Assembly: GCA_973895155.1 (NCBI GenBank)
Contig: OZ316893.1
Coordinates: 22,105,744 to 22,169,743, forward strand
Source of the DNA: Marsupella aquatica
Taxonomy: Eukaryota > Plantae > Marchantiophyta
DNA length: 64,000 nt
Direction of reading: 5' to 3'
Shown here: piece after piece, positions 12,142 to 25,277 of the stretch
How the letters are laid out: the number at the start of each line of letters is the position of its first letter
Numbering within the stretch: position 1 is the first letter of the stretch
The notes under the pieces: generated by a model
Seen by the model: only the letters and a program-made list of their open reading frames with translations
Told to the model about the DNA's origin: nothing
Database searches by the model: none
Made by a program: the position numbers and the translations under genes

Positions 12142-12484
12142 TGTTGAGCATAGACGACATTCGCAACGGCAAGCCCATGAACCATCCAACGCACAATAGT
12201 CGACACACAGAGATACGTGGTTCACCTCCATATGAGGCTACGTCCACGGGAACACACAAGAACTTTACTGCACTCTAGGCCGACCGGCCATACCAAACAT
12301 CCACAACACAAGCTCTCCCTATCTCTCAACTAGCTCCGTAACAATGAGCCTAAGTTCCACCAGGGTCTAGCATCAGCCCTGGCTATATGCACAATAATAC
12401 TACCGCTAACATTAGCTAAGTCCTAACCCGAGTTGCCTAACTGTAGTTAGCTCATGAGTCACAAGACTATAGCAATATCTAACA
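12142..12484. mobile_element. Solo LTR (343 bp)
   Basis: TGTTGA...TCTAACA termini, near-TSD CTGGC/TTGGC, homologous to the outer solo LTR at 50190-50874. Confidence 0.75.
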
Positions 12485-15400
12485 TTGGCTAAAGGGGCCT
12501 GTGATTAGGTGGGACATTGGCTAATGACAAAGAAAAATACTAGCAAATTTTTGGCAAAAATTGACAAAAGCTCTTTGGGGAGGTGGAATTTAGCAAATTT
12601 TCACCCCTAAAAAAAACACTGCTTCGATCCACACTACTAGTTCAACTAGTACTGTAGTGCCAAGGCCTGTTGCGAAGGACTTTTGCAAAAGAGTGTTTAT
12701 ATGTCACTTGAGAAAATAAATCATGGTCAGAAAGGCTATTATCCTGTTTCACTATTTAGAATATTCTTAAATTTTACATGGGAAAATTCTTTCCAAGATT
12801 TCACAATAACCCATTAATATAGTGTTAGTCCAATTTGAACTTTTAATGTTACTTCATTATTTGCACAAACCAAGATAGCACCACATTAGGATTAAGTCTC
12901 GTATGCAGAGCGTGAAAACAACCGTTTATATAGTTTTGGAATTTTGTTAGACTTTTCGGCTTCCATTAGCCACTGTCGCACCTACCCACACACCCCTTTA
13001 GTCAAATCTGACAACCATCCTTAAATCGATCTTTGGAGATCTAGGGTCCACTACCCATCTAGCAAAGCAGCAAAAGGAATACTCTAAATCTAGCAAAGCA
13101 GAAACACGGATACTCTTAATACCTTCTCTTCAACACACGAGCACTGACAGGTATCTGTCGAATAATAACGGGACTCAAATTCACACATCGATGGCGACCA
13201 AATTTATTGACGTTTCCACGCATCAAAATTGTACTGGATGGCATGTAATTATTGTCTCGCAGCACTGCATACCAAGGAACCAACTCACCAACAGCCAAGA
13301 ACCAGTCAAATTTCATCAGCATCGGTCTTCAGTGTATCCCGTTCTTTCTTTGACCAGAGGAGTCAAAGATGCGTCAAATGTACAGTACTCGCGTTGCAGA
13401 GTACTAGAAACATTCTACAATTAATGCTGGAATCATTCGTGATCTAATTTTACTAGATTCATTTCTGACCATCAGATCTCTCTAGTTGATTTGAGGATGA
13501 TCGTTAAAATTAGGCTAGGCTAACTTGGTCTGTGGCTACATGGGAATCCCTCAATCTACCAAAATTCCTATTGGTTGCTAGATTCATTTCTGACCATTAG
13601 ATCTGATTGTTAGATTTTGGCAATCGGGGTCTGTGGCTAGATGCTTCTGCAGGTGTGAAAGTTTTCAGCTCAACACCTTGATTTCTAGAAATTGATTTGA
13701 GGGTTTATTCTGAGCAGACATCTTGGACCTATATCTGCTTAGAAATAGAGGATTTAAATTTGTTTCATTCCTTGCTGTCGTTTTCATTGACCAAATTAGA
13801 TAAATAGGTGAGTAATTGTCTTGATTTAACCGTGAATTTAAGTTTCCTTTGAAATTTACAGAACTTATTGTTCAAGTGTACCAACTGCACATGTGGACGG
13901 TTACTTGGGGCAGTCACTCTACAAAAACAAACCTCACTAAATGCAGCTATGGGATACCAAGGAGAGATCTTAATAAGTTAGGGATTCCTCATATGCATTT
14001 TACCACAAAAATTGCTCCAGATAACTACAGTATCTTTTCTTAATTCTTTCAGCAGCCATAGAAAAATGTAAATAGACATCTGGTATTTAATATTGCTAGC
14101 CTGATTACCTGTTCCTTGAAGAAAAATAGAGGTTAGTACAAAAGTACCTTGCAAAATAAAAGATTATAGGCTGTTTCACTTTTTTGTACCCTCCTCTTCA
14201 GTGACAACTTTTAAGTACATTACCACTAGTAAAAATGTTTGAATTTACAATATTATCATTATTTATTATTATATTTACAAATATATCATAATTGTTGTAT
14301 ATCGTTCCCTTGGTTAAGTTTATGAACTTGTGATCCATATACAAAACAGTGTCATACTTGTAAATAAAAAAATTTGATAGTATTATCAATCTCCAATATC
14401 TTTAGTGACAAAGTACCTAAAAGTTGGTTATTGATATGCCCTTTGAGTTTGAGTCACCTTAGTATGCCTTTAAAGTAGCTTCCCATTGCCAATTATTAAA
14501 AATATATTGTGTAAAGTACACAATGAGCCCACTCGATTTGGTTTGGATGCCCTTTGGTTGCCAGGAAGTGAGAGTGCATAGCTTTGGCTAACCATGTTAG
14601 TCATCTTTACGGTGTGTGTGATCTATTTGCTCTTTGTTCACTCGATCTTTTCCACTTGTTAAAATTTATGTCTCATTAAGAGAGTCAGGTGTCTCATGTG
14701 TATCTTTGATACCACTCTCCATGGAAGATACACACTCTACCCAATGTGGAGGAGTGAGGTACAAAATGTATCCCTAAAAAATATACACCTGCCCTGAAAG
14801 TACAAGAAAAGTCACCCATATAACCTTATGAGATGTCTGGTCTCCCCTTGTTCCCAGGTTGACAGAGGGTCGCCCTGTATCTCATAGACTTAACTGGATA
14901 ACCCTAATCCTATACATTAGGCCTATTGCAACGTTGAGCACTGTTGCCATGTCAAGTTGGGTTGTGGAGTTTCTGAAATTTCCAATTTGGTTCAGAACTC
15001 TCAATCCCTTGTTTGTCTCGTTTTTGCACTACACAGATTATGCACAACTAATTTTCTTTTGAAGCAAACAGACGGGTCGTTCCTTCAAATGAAGAATGCT
15101 GCTGAAAAGTCACTGCTAGATTGAGTGAACTCGTAAACGTCGATTCTGCAGTATCCCTTTGAGAATCTAGATTATTCTACCTCTGCGAGCTCCAAAGACT
15201 ATACTGAAACAGTCTCTTCCAATTTGTGTGATCTCGTTGATTCAAACTTGATTCTGTCCCGCTTGCAGTGCATGCCTCCCATTTCCTTCTTCATTGCCGT
15301 TTAGGAAATGTTCGTGTCTCCAGATTAAATCGAAAATTGCTATGGCCCAGTGAAGAGGATTCAGGCGGCTCTCAAGATCTTTCTTGCAGCTCTTCTCACT

Positions 15401-16396
15401 CTCGACGGGCTATGACCAGAGAAACAGCTCATCGCACAGCCAACTCTCTTCTGTTGTCTTTATTTCCAAATCACTCGTATGCACCCACGTAATGCTCTCG
15501 GTGAAGGTGGAGGAGTTCTGGTATCTCATTCCGACCCACAGATTGGTGGTAAAACTGGAGGGCGATAAATTGCAGGTCAAAAGCTTTCTGTTCTGGGCAT
15601 TCTATTCCAGCCTGATGACACGGCAGTGAAGCTCTGCTTTTGAGTTGTTAATTTTGACACATCATCTCAATGCTCAGAATGCTCATCCTGCGTCGACCCT
15701 TCAAGATTGAGCTTTCAAGCCTCTCTCCGTAAAGGCCTGCTTCTGCCCAATGGATTAGGAGCTACAGTCCTCGATCCATTGCAGCGGACTCGAACGATGA
15801 GCAAACTCGAAGTGGTGAGAGGCGTTAAAATTTCCGTCATTCTGTTTGATTTGATGGAGTTGGGGCCAATTGTGTTTGGCGAATTTCATAATTTGGGAAA
15901 CAGAACTGATAGGCGAACACAAATTTACTTCAGTTGCCTGAATTTCATCACCTTAAAAATCTTGGAATTTACAGAATATTAGAATTAGGTTCGCCTCTAT
16001 CCCCGCAAACAACGACCATAGTGGTATAGGTATATAACTCCTAGCTCGGGTCTTCACAAGACAAGGGATCCGCACTATATTCATTCTCCGGTGTAACCTT
16101 GAACAAGCTCTAGTGAAAACAACTCTTGATTCAACGTGGGTCCTATTCGGACCAGAAAGCACTAGACTAAGTGCATTTTGGGCACCACCTCTCACCTCCC
16201 TCACCCGCGCACTGACTGCATCATATATGTTCCAAGAAAGCTTGGGGACAATCCAGGACTCGAGAGACAATCAATCCACGGACAGAAACCAGAAAGTTGA
16301 TGAGCAGCTGGAACGACAACAGAGATACCACACGTTCACTCAAGGAAGAAATATTACAAATTAACACCTGTACAGTTTGCGGACCAAAGAGCGTCT

Positions 16397-17704
16397 TTAG
16401 AAATGAATCCTGTCCGTGTGGCCTGAATCAGCATTACGAGGTTCTTGGTCCCAGAATCTGTGCAAGACCTTTAAGAGCTGCAATGCTTTGCGTTTAGCCC
16501 TGGGTGTGCAGTGGCTCTGCAAAAGAAGCAGTAGACGGATCTGTGCGCCTGCATGTACAACCCGTTCTTGAACCTGGTGGGTATCAGCAGTGCATATTGC
16601 GCAAAGGACACCGGTGGCGTACTCAGTGGCACGGTCAGAGATCTTCAAAATGGTGTTCACTAAAACTGGAACGACGAGCTCGTGGTCGGTCATAGCAGCA
16701 CGCCCTTCGGGTGTGGTACCCAGAAGCTCAAGAATGGCCAGGGATTTCTCTGAATTTGTCCCTGATGCACCTGGAAGGATCTTCATGATCGCAGCAACCG
16801 AACCAGCCCTCACAGCTCCACACCGATTCTCCACCAGAAGGCAGAGCGCTAGTAATGTCCTCAGGGCCAGCTTGGTTGCGTTTGGCTGTTCACTCTTCAG
16901 GCTGAGCCTCACAATACCGTCTAGAAAGCTTTGCCGATCAGCGATAGCTTTCTCGAGTTCGTCGTTTGAAGAAATCTTCTGAATCAGGACGGCAGCATTC
17001 ACTCTGGCATCCAAGCTTCCCCTGTTGAGTATCCAGTCCACAACAAGCAACATTTCCGGCCCTGCGGACCACTTCAAGATCGCTTCATTGTGCACGAGAC
17101 GAACGATGGAAGCGAATGCCTGCTCATACGGTTCTGTATGCTTAAAGCACTCATTGGAAGAATTTGATGTCAGCAATGAGATGAGAGCAGACGCCACCTC
17201 CTCCTCGAGTGCTTCTCTGAGTTTCCCACTTTCCCTGTCTCCGACAAGTGTGAGCAGTGTCTCAAGACCACTCCTAGTACACTGGCCCTTTCGAATTTTG
17301 GCGAGCAAATTCTCAATGCATTGCTCATCAGACAGCTCCTGAGGGGGCAACCTTCTCGACAGATCAAACGGAGGCGAGTTTGCTTGGAGGCGACGCGGAC
17401 TGTTTTCTCCACTAGTATTAGAACTGACGAGGTTCAATGATGAGTAGGAGCTCGGAGTGTTGGCTCCGCTGTAAGCTACCTGAGAGGACTCGCAACTCTC
17501 GTCTGTCGACTCCTCCGTGCCCTCTTGTAGAAGCAAGATATTGGAAGGGAAGAATTCGTGACCGCTGTTCGTTACTTCGACAGGAGCTGTGCGAGCACTA
17601 CTGCTCAAGAGGAGAGGACTGCAGACCCCCAAAATCCCCTCCAAAAATCCACAAGAAAATGTCGGCGCCTTTGACAAACGTCCATGCTTCCCACTACTAC
17701 GCAT
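16397..17704 (-). CDS. Intronless armadillo-repeat protein related to the ARM region of plant U-box (PUB) ligases; no U-box in the ORF
   Basis: 435-aa ORF with PUB-type ARM motifs (ARVNAAVLI, ENRCGAVRAGSV, EKSLAILELLGTTPEGRAAM, KISDRATEYA, RLLLLLQSHCTPRAKRKALQLLK); N-terminus is Ser-rich low complexity. Confidence 0.85.
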   Translation of the reverse strand: MRSSGKHGRLSKAPTFSCGFLEGILGVCSPLLLSSSARTAPVEVTNSGHEFFPSNILLLQEGTEESTDESCESSQVAYSGANTPSSYSSLNLVSSNTSGENSPRRLQANSPPFDLSRRLPPQELSDEQCIENLLAKIRKGQCTRSGLETLLTLVGDRESGKLREALEEEVASALISLLTSNSSNECFKHTEPYEQAFASIVRLVHNEAILKWSAGPEMLLVVDWILNRGSLDARVNAAVLIQKISSNDELEKAIADRQSFLDGIVRLSLKSEQPNATKLALRTLLALCLLVENRCGAVRAGSVAAIMKILPGASGTNSEKSLAILELLGTTPEGRAAMTDHELVVPVLVNTILKISDRATEYATGVLCAICTADTHQVQERVVHAGAQIRLLLLLQSHCTPRAKRKALQLLKVLHRFWDQEPRNADSGHTDRIHF

Positions 17705-20700
17705 GCCGACAGTAGACGTTCACATCTCCCCTGGAATCTCAAATTCTCTCGCTTAGCTGCAGCTGCTGTAGAGGTGCCTGGGCGAGGTCTACAAGTGAGA
17801 GAGTGAGTAAATTAATGTCGGACGTCCAGAACTTCCAGATTCAATCCACACAATGCCCTCTGCAAAGGCTGCAAGAGGCAACTCGATTCAAGCGAGCACG
17901 GTGGATACGACGTTATCACACAAGCGAGAGAACTACAGACTGGAATTGCTCATCAGAAAAGGAGCAAGACATTGACCGGCGTCGTCAGCCCCGGGTCAGC
18001 CAAAGAGCAATGTTCTATCTACTCTAGATTCATGGCATTGTTGACCAGTAAATTGCTCTAACCATTACAATGCAATGTAATGCCAGCGGCGATCAAACTC
18101 CTCAATCAGCAGAACTCGGACAGTACAGCGAGGTCCAGAGAAACATTCGGGTCCTCCTCTTCCACCTCCAATCCACGAACAAATTGGGTCCTGGATGAAA
18201 TGCAATAGACCACAGAGCCACAGAATCAGAACTCCAGCTCTCCTTCTAGAATAGATGGAGTCGTCTCCTTCCTTTCCTTTGACATTGTGGTCAAAGGCTC
18301 GGCTCCACACTCATTCTCCAGGATCCCTGACGATCCGCCTGCCATAATGCCAACATTTGCCAGAGCTCATGGACCAGACAGCAGAGCTCGCGCATTGATC
18401 ACGTGAAAACGCAGCTCGTGAGAGTGTGAGACTGTCCCCTCGACCTGATCGATGCACTGCGCACTGCTGTTCCACACGATACCATGAATCCAGAACAAAT
18501 TGGCTCGCCATTATTCTGAGATGTACTGTATTGACACTCTTTTCTTGAAAATACACACTTTGCTATTTTATTTTATTTCAGTTTTCATAATATGTTGTCA
18601 TCTTGTAATGTTATTTTTTATAAATGCTCACTTTTCCATCCTTTTTAGTTTAACTAGACTATGTGTTCATCTTGTCACTCTTTCTTGTGAAATACACACT
18701 TTGTCATCCTTTTTACTTTAATTAGTATGGTGTCCATTTTTGTCCCTGTGTAGTTTAACTAGCCTTAGAGCCCCTTCTTTGAGCGAAAATACAGGTAGCC
18801 AGTGGTTTGAGAGCCTCACCAGTTGCGCCATTTAGAGAGACTCACACAGTTTCCAATTCTTATTTTCCACTTGCACCCCTAACGTTAGTCACACCCCAGA
18901 TTAGGAGTCTAGAAATTTCATTTTAGACAAGTCAGAGGCCTTGTAGAGTAACTTTCTATCCCAATTACATAGTTTGATTATTGGATTGCCATCTTTTCAA
19001 TAGTCGGTTAAACAAAGTAATACTAGTAGCTTGAGACAATCCCACAGTCAACATCTGGCTAGGTTTCAACATGATTGCATGGTAGTCAGTGTCCTCTACT
19101 ACCCTTACCGCAGCCCAGGGTCCTCACTTCTTTCTTCCAACCCATCATGCGCAAATAAACATAGGGTTTTTGATTGGGTTTAGTGAAAGACTTTTAAATT
19201 TTGTTGAAGAAAATTAGGGTTATTTTAATCCAATTTTGAGAATTATAAGAATCATAGAGCTTTTTAAATTGATAACTTAATGGAATATTCTCAAGTTTAA
19301 CCAAACTTAAGGTTTAGGATCTTTATTCCCCCAAAACTTCACGCTTGATATGGGACATTGCTTGGATTGAGGCCCTTGAGACCACAACACCCCTTCCAAC
19401 CCTTCACATCTGGTTGGGTCTCTTTCTCTGCTCTTTGATTTAACCCGGTCTGCCCCCTCCTGGTTGACTTTACATCCCTCTCCCCCACCCCCACTAGGTG
19501 GAGATAATATTGAGGTTTAGTTGCACGCACTGATGGCCATAGTCAGTTGATAAAAAGACTGAGAGGATGTTGATTATTGGATCAATCAAAGGACCATGGG
19601 AAATTACACCAAAAATTTGTTGCAGATACAAGATTTGGCAAAAAGAGTGTCAATGTACTAAATCTCACTCAGTTATCAATCCCTCCCTCCAAAGATCTAA
19701 CAGACTACACGCTGCTTTCATCCACGGGGCTGGCGCTGACCGTAGATGCTTTGGATACAATATGCTTTGGATACAATATCATGACAACCTACAGAATCAA
19801 TCAGGAGGAAATTGATGGAAATCATGGATTGGAATTGTGCCAGAGCCTTCTAAATGGTGTCATTTCTGCACACCACTGCACAATGCATAGTGTTGGCTTG
19901 GCATTGGCAAAGCCTTTGGCTCTTGCAGAAGCAAGAAGACAAGAAGGAATCATGGGGTGCTTGGGAATTAGGATGCCACGTACCAGTACCACTTTGTCTT
20001 TCCAGCCTACTATTTATTCTCGACATTGTATATTATCATCACCTCCAAATTCTGACACCCTCCCAGAATTTGTAGACCATGCCACTCTTTGAAATTGCCT
20101 AGCTTATAAGGTTTAACAATCATTCTTTTTTGTGCTATGGTCACCTTGTGACTGAAGCCGGGATGCACCACCATGTTGGACATAGTGCTCCCGTGCACTA
20201 CATTTTGGTGGTCCATGGGAGTTTGGGGGCCATAATTACGAAACCTAAAATAATATCTAGTTCTGCACTTGCAAGGCAAGTAGAAAAGGGGAAGATATGA
20301 TAAGGCATATATTAAGCCCAAATATCTCATATTCACACAATGAAAGTTAATCTAACTGAATCTACCCCAAGGGCCAAAAATTCACTTTTGATGGAAGGTT
20401 AGTTTATCTACTCATCTAGCATATACCCAAAACTAAAAATATCTGAATTTATGAATAATTATCATGTTATTATAATTAAACTCAAATTTTGGGAAATGTG
20501 GTCCATGGAGGTTTCAAAGACCAACTATGTGGTCCATAGGGGCTTCAGATTTGTGTGAACAGGAAGATGACTGTTAAGAATATTTTTTATCTAGTTTTAC
20601 TAAATTAATTCTGGATGGTTAGTTCTCTCTAGATTAAGGATGAGAGTTAGATTCTGGGTAATTGGGTCTGTAATTATGTGAGATACAAGTTAACGAAAGG

Positions 20701-22727
20701 GAAAAATACTGGTGAATTTGAGATGAAAGTGGCAAAGATTTCCTAGAGACGTGGAATGTAACAACCTTGTGCCGCCAAGAAAATATTGGCTTGAGGTGAC
20801 ATCCTCTTCTATATCTCATAGACTATAAGCCATAAGCCATAATTTCTTTTTCAGCAACAAATTTTGATATTTAGACTATGGTTGTGCGTTAGGATGGGCA
20901 TGGAGTCTGGGTTTATGTGCCTAAGCATGGGTATCCTGGGTTGGTAAGACAAATTTCTAGACCACAGAAAAAACAATCATATGGTTGACGGGGTATTTGG
21001 TGGGGATATGGAATGGGGCCAAAACCTTACTTTCCGTTTAGGTGATAAAATGAATTCCTAATGTCCCAATTGGAGAAACCCAATCGATAGCCAGGTATGG
21101 TTGAACTTAAAATATCGGTAAGTTATTGGGTGAGGGTATGGGTCTGGAATGCAAGAGGAGTTTGTAGCTCCTCACCGAGTCCATGATTGATTTGCTAGGT
21201 GTGATGATTCCTACCGCAGAACCACGCCATGTTAGTACAGTACTTCTTATCGGGATGGTCCCTACGTGCTCTCATGGGAAATGCGGACCTACCATTACAT
21301 GGCGGATGTTCGTACGTGGCCACAGTAGGGTACTTCTGTCAATTAATGTCAAAAGGCCATCTCCCAATTTTCGAAATTTTTATCGACGCCGAGTCAGACG
21401 TCCACCCCATAATTATACAATAGCCCCCTACAGTCCTCCAGTGTAACGTCGCACAGCCATTTCACTCAATTTCGCGGACAGAATCACAGAACTGGAAATG
21501 AATTCTAACTACGCAGAGCATCAGCATTCACGAGTTTCCAGAAACGACATGCCGACACCCGGATATGTTTGGTGGATTTGCAATCAGGAAGATACCGTAA
21601 TGAAGATCTTGTTTTGGTAGAGAGACAGAGAGAAGCACTGATGACCTGTACTGATTACCTTTAGAAAACGTACTGTAGAGTACATTCAAAGTGGCGGCTA
21701 TCCGAACTCCGGTGCAAGACCCTTGGAACATTCCAAAGCACTTCACAACTCAAATGACGATGAAAGACTTTGGAGCGATGGCGGAAGGTCTAGGCACTTT
21801 CTTTACGCAAAATGATTTCCTGACTACCTAGGAGTTTAATTTGAAAGAATGCGCCTCATCCTCCTGCAAGAATTTTGAATCCATCACTACTTTTTGTAGT
21901 TTTTCACGGGGTGCCCGCACACTGGCTTCTTCCATCAGGCATCCATATTCTCAAACTCTTTATGTACAGCATTCCTAACCGTTCTTTAGTTTTTTTAGTT
22001 TCGCTATTGGTCTAGACTGATGAAGTAATTAGTTGACCACTATAGATGCTTTGAATTGAAGGCTTGACTCCGAAGTCCCTACCAACATGGTCGTACTTCT
22101 GTGAACCAATCCCGGGAGGTGCTCACTGCTTGTCTATAGAATGGGCTTCGTACAAGTCTGTACAGTCAAAATGTGTGATCCGAAATGTGTGATCCGGGGT
22201 TGAGATTGCTCTGCACGACAGCAGAAATCTTACAAAACCGTGCTTGTACGCACGATGCAGTTACATGTTCTTTCATACGAGGCCTTGCGGTACTCCGTTC
22301 AATGTTCGTTGGCAGGTTGGTTACCGTCCTCGAGACGAACACAGGCACAGGCATCCTGTTCGTTTGAAACTTCCGGTATTCGGGACGCGCATATTCCTCA
22401 TGTCCTTTCGATTCTCTCTGCCCTGGGTTTTAGTACTGTAGATAGCAATTACTCACTCTGTTGCAATTAATTGGTTTAGAGAAGATTACAGATTCTTCTA
22501 GTCGTAGAGAGAATTCAATCCAAGGTCGCAATAGTTTACTGGTCTTAGAGAGAATTCAATCCACGGTCGCAATAGTTTACTGTAGGTTGCCAGAGGTGAA
22601 TTTACCCATCTACAGAAGTTATTGACAGCCAACCTTCGTGTCCTTGCCCTCGAAGCTCTTTTCTTCTACCATAAGGGAGGTGGAGTGGGGTAATGAGGTC
22701 TTCTCATCTCCATCAAGTAGGGGCTGT

Positions 22728-22928
22728 GAAGGGTATGTGAACTGTCCCAGACCCTCAAAATGATTTAGATCGGTTCAAGGGTGTGTGGAGTCTGTCCCAG
22801 ACCCTCAAAATGATTCAGATGGGTTCAATAGGTGTGTGAAGTCTGTCCCAAACCCTGACAATGATTTAGATCGGTTCAAGGGTGTGTGAAGACTGTCCCT
22901 GACCCTGACAATGATTTATATGGTTTCA
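22728..22928. repeat. Minisatellite, ~50-bp unit x4
   Basis: Repeated AAGGGTGTGTGAAGTCTGTCCCAGACCCTCAAAATGATTTAGATCGGTTC-like unit. Confidence 0.85.
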
Positions 22929-24396
22929 AATCAGCACTGGTTTGTGCTATATCACAAGCCAAACAGTTCGCGCGAAAATTCATTATGAATGTGTCTGAAT
23001 TGGTCGATGGAAATTAATGCACATTTTATCCGCATCATATGATAACGATGAATAGTCCTCAGGAAGGTGGTCCGGACTTGAATGAGGCCCTGTACCTGTC
23101 GTCATCAGTCAGTTAAGCAAACTTTTCATTGTTACTCCATGCAATCCTTGACCACAACAGGAATCTCGAAGTGCTGGCTATGTACAGTAGTTGGAGCTCA
23201 AATGTTCTTCAGAATGATGTCCTGAGGGCAACGAGGATGACAGGAGAGAGTGGTTTGTTTCATGTACCGGATAGTAAGGTGTTCCGAGGACGACAGGCAT
23301 GGCAAAGGCTGGCTCTGTATGTACAGCAACAGGACGACTTCAGATGTCCACCACGGGGGTAAGGTGTTCTCGGCACGGCAAGGGCTGCAAGGCAGGGTGT
23401 AGCAATGGACGTACAATGGGGGGATAGCTTCACCGCCGACTACCGCACAACTATCTTTCTAAAGTAGAGAGGAAAACAATTGCATACAGTGTGATTTGAT
23501 CAACCGCTCCAGCGTGATTTCCTGAACCAGAATGGTTTCCATTCCGAGGTGTACGTCCTGTGAGCAGAGGAGTCACAGAGGCATCATCGACCCGGGTTGG
23601 AAGGCCACACCATCGGCGGAATCCTCATCACCTCGTCTGCCATTTCCAGTAAAGTCGCTTGACAAGCTGATTCGAACGTGATGTGAGCGGAGGCCAGGAA
23701 TTGTTTCTAATGGGTTAAGATCAGACGATGAGTCTTACATTGCTGTTGTTGCATCTTCCTGCAATGTGAATCATCCATCGAACCGGAATGGTTTCCATTT
23801 CGACGAGTATGTCATGTGAGCAGAGAAATCGGAATTGCATTCGCCTGTGAAGGGACAGCACAGCAACGGTGGAATCTGCTGCACCTTGTCAGCAAATTCT
23901 ACGAAAGTCGCTTTACATGCTGCTTCAACTCTAAGGCTTTTAGAGCACGCTGTTTTGTTCGGGCATCAAGTGAGCGGAGACCAGTGGTTCTTTCTAATGT
24001 CTCGTGATCAGAGAACGAGTCTTCAAGTGCTGCATTCCTCTCGCAGGAACAATGATCCATCCATGGCCGGGGGAGGACCAGAAGTTCCGATTCCAACGAG
24101 ATAAATTATGGACGTCAAGTGAGGACATGGAATTGGCCTTGGGGAAGAGAGATCAATCTCCGACATTGCACTACTACTGCAGCGGTGTGCCTTTTTTCGT
24201 TTCCTCTATCGATAATATGTGAACGCCGATTTGATGATGTCTTATGTCAGTTCTCTTGAATGAGAAATTGTAAGAAGCAACACAATGTTGCAAGCATTTC
24301 CTTCGAGAAATTCTATGTCTCCTGAGGGTCTGCTGAGAGCAAATGTGCAAGCGTTGTAAAGGATTAATACAACATCTGACCCTTGAACAAACACTT

Positions 24397-24469
24397 GGGG
24401 ATGTAGCTCAGATGGTAGAGCGCTCGCTTAGCATGCGAGAGGTACGGGGATCGATACCCCGCATCTCCA
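24397..24469 (+). tRNA. tRNA-Ala (anticodon AGC)
   Basis: GGGGATGTAGCTCAGATGGTAGAGCGCTCGCTTAGCATGCGAGAGGTACGGGGATCGATACCCCGCATCTCCA; cloverleaf with G3:U70 Ala identity pair, upstream CAA, downstream T-run. Confidence 0.98.
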
Positions 24470-24486
24470 CAGCAGCTAGCATTAAA

Positions 24487-24491
24487 TTTTT
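24487..24491 (+). terminator. Pol III T-run terminator of tRNA-Ala
   Basis: TTTTT 17 nt downstream of the tRNA 3' end. Confidence 0.7.
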
Positions 24492-25072
24492 CTTCGCACA
24501 CCAGAGATTGGTGTGTTTGCAACCAAAATATTCTACCTTAATAGTCCTTTGCACAACGACGATTGGTGTGCTTTCCACCAAAATATTTCCCCAAGCTCAA
24601 TACAATATATAGGCTTCACTTTCACATACTTATTTACTTCTTATTTTTTTGGAGGTGACGGTGCACCACCATGTTTTTAGAGTTTATTTCAGTCGCACCA
24701 GAGTCTTAATATTGTTGAAAACTAGTCCAAACCCTGTTCCAAACCTACCTCACCGAACCGTCCTCTGCTGTTAGCACTATGGTAGCAGGAAGGAGAGTGT
24801 CTACAGTCACTAACTTGCACGTTTCAAGAGCCCATGATTTTTCTACTATCACTGAACGAAAAGCCTTCTCTCTCTGGTAATAAAGAAGAATCTTTGGGTC
24901 CACAATATTTTGTGGAATTGGGTCACTACTTTTCCTCAAAGTTCAATAAGATGCAAGGCCTGAACAGGACAAGCTTCACCAGAAAACAAACTATCATATA
25001 TGTTAAAGGCCAGACTACTTTCAACCACACAACGTGACCGCAACTATTTGAGAGTTATTTCTGATACGCTAG

Positions 25073-25277
25073 GGGAGAGTCAATCACTCAATGCAGCCTT
25101 CTATCTCCATTGTTTAGAGCTAGTTTTTGCCTCTGGACCTTGCACCATCGCTCGAATGTATAACCTGATCCAAGGGAGAGTCAATCACTCAATGCAGCCT
25201 TCTATCTCCATTGTTTAGAGCTAGTTTTTGCCTCTGGACCTTGCACCATCGCTCGAATGTATAACCTGATCCAAGGG
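25073..25277. repeat. Perfect 101-bp tandem duplication
   Basis: GGGAGAGTCAATCACTCAATG...CCTGATCCAA occurs twice in tandem. Confidence 0.9.

Larger units (their letters stand above)
1727..12621. mobile_element. Old DNA transposon relic with long imperfect terminal inverted repeats; hosts the copia element and a solo LTR
   Basis: 1840-1990 aligns as reverse complement to 12095-12595 once the solo LTR 12142-12484 is removed. Examples: GCCAGAATCTAACGGTCATCCGTAAATCTAG vs CTAGATTTAAGGGTGACCGTTAGATTCTGGC, and CCAAATTCCACCCTCCCCAA vs TTGGGGAGGTGGAATTTAG. Outer ends are CAGCCATTTTTT... and ...AAAAAAACACTG. No TSD found, so boundaries are approximate. Confidence 0.5.
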
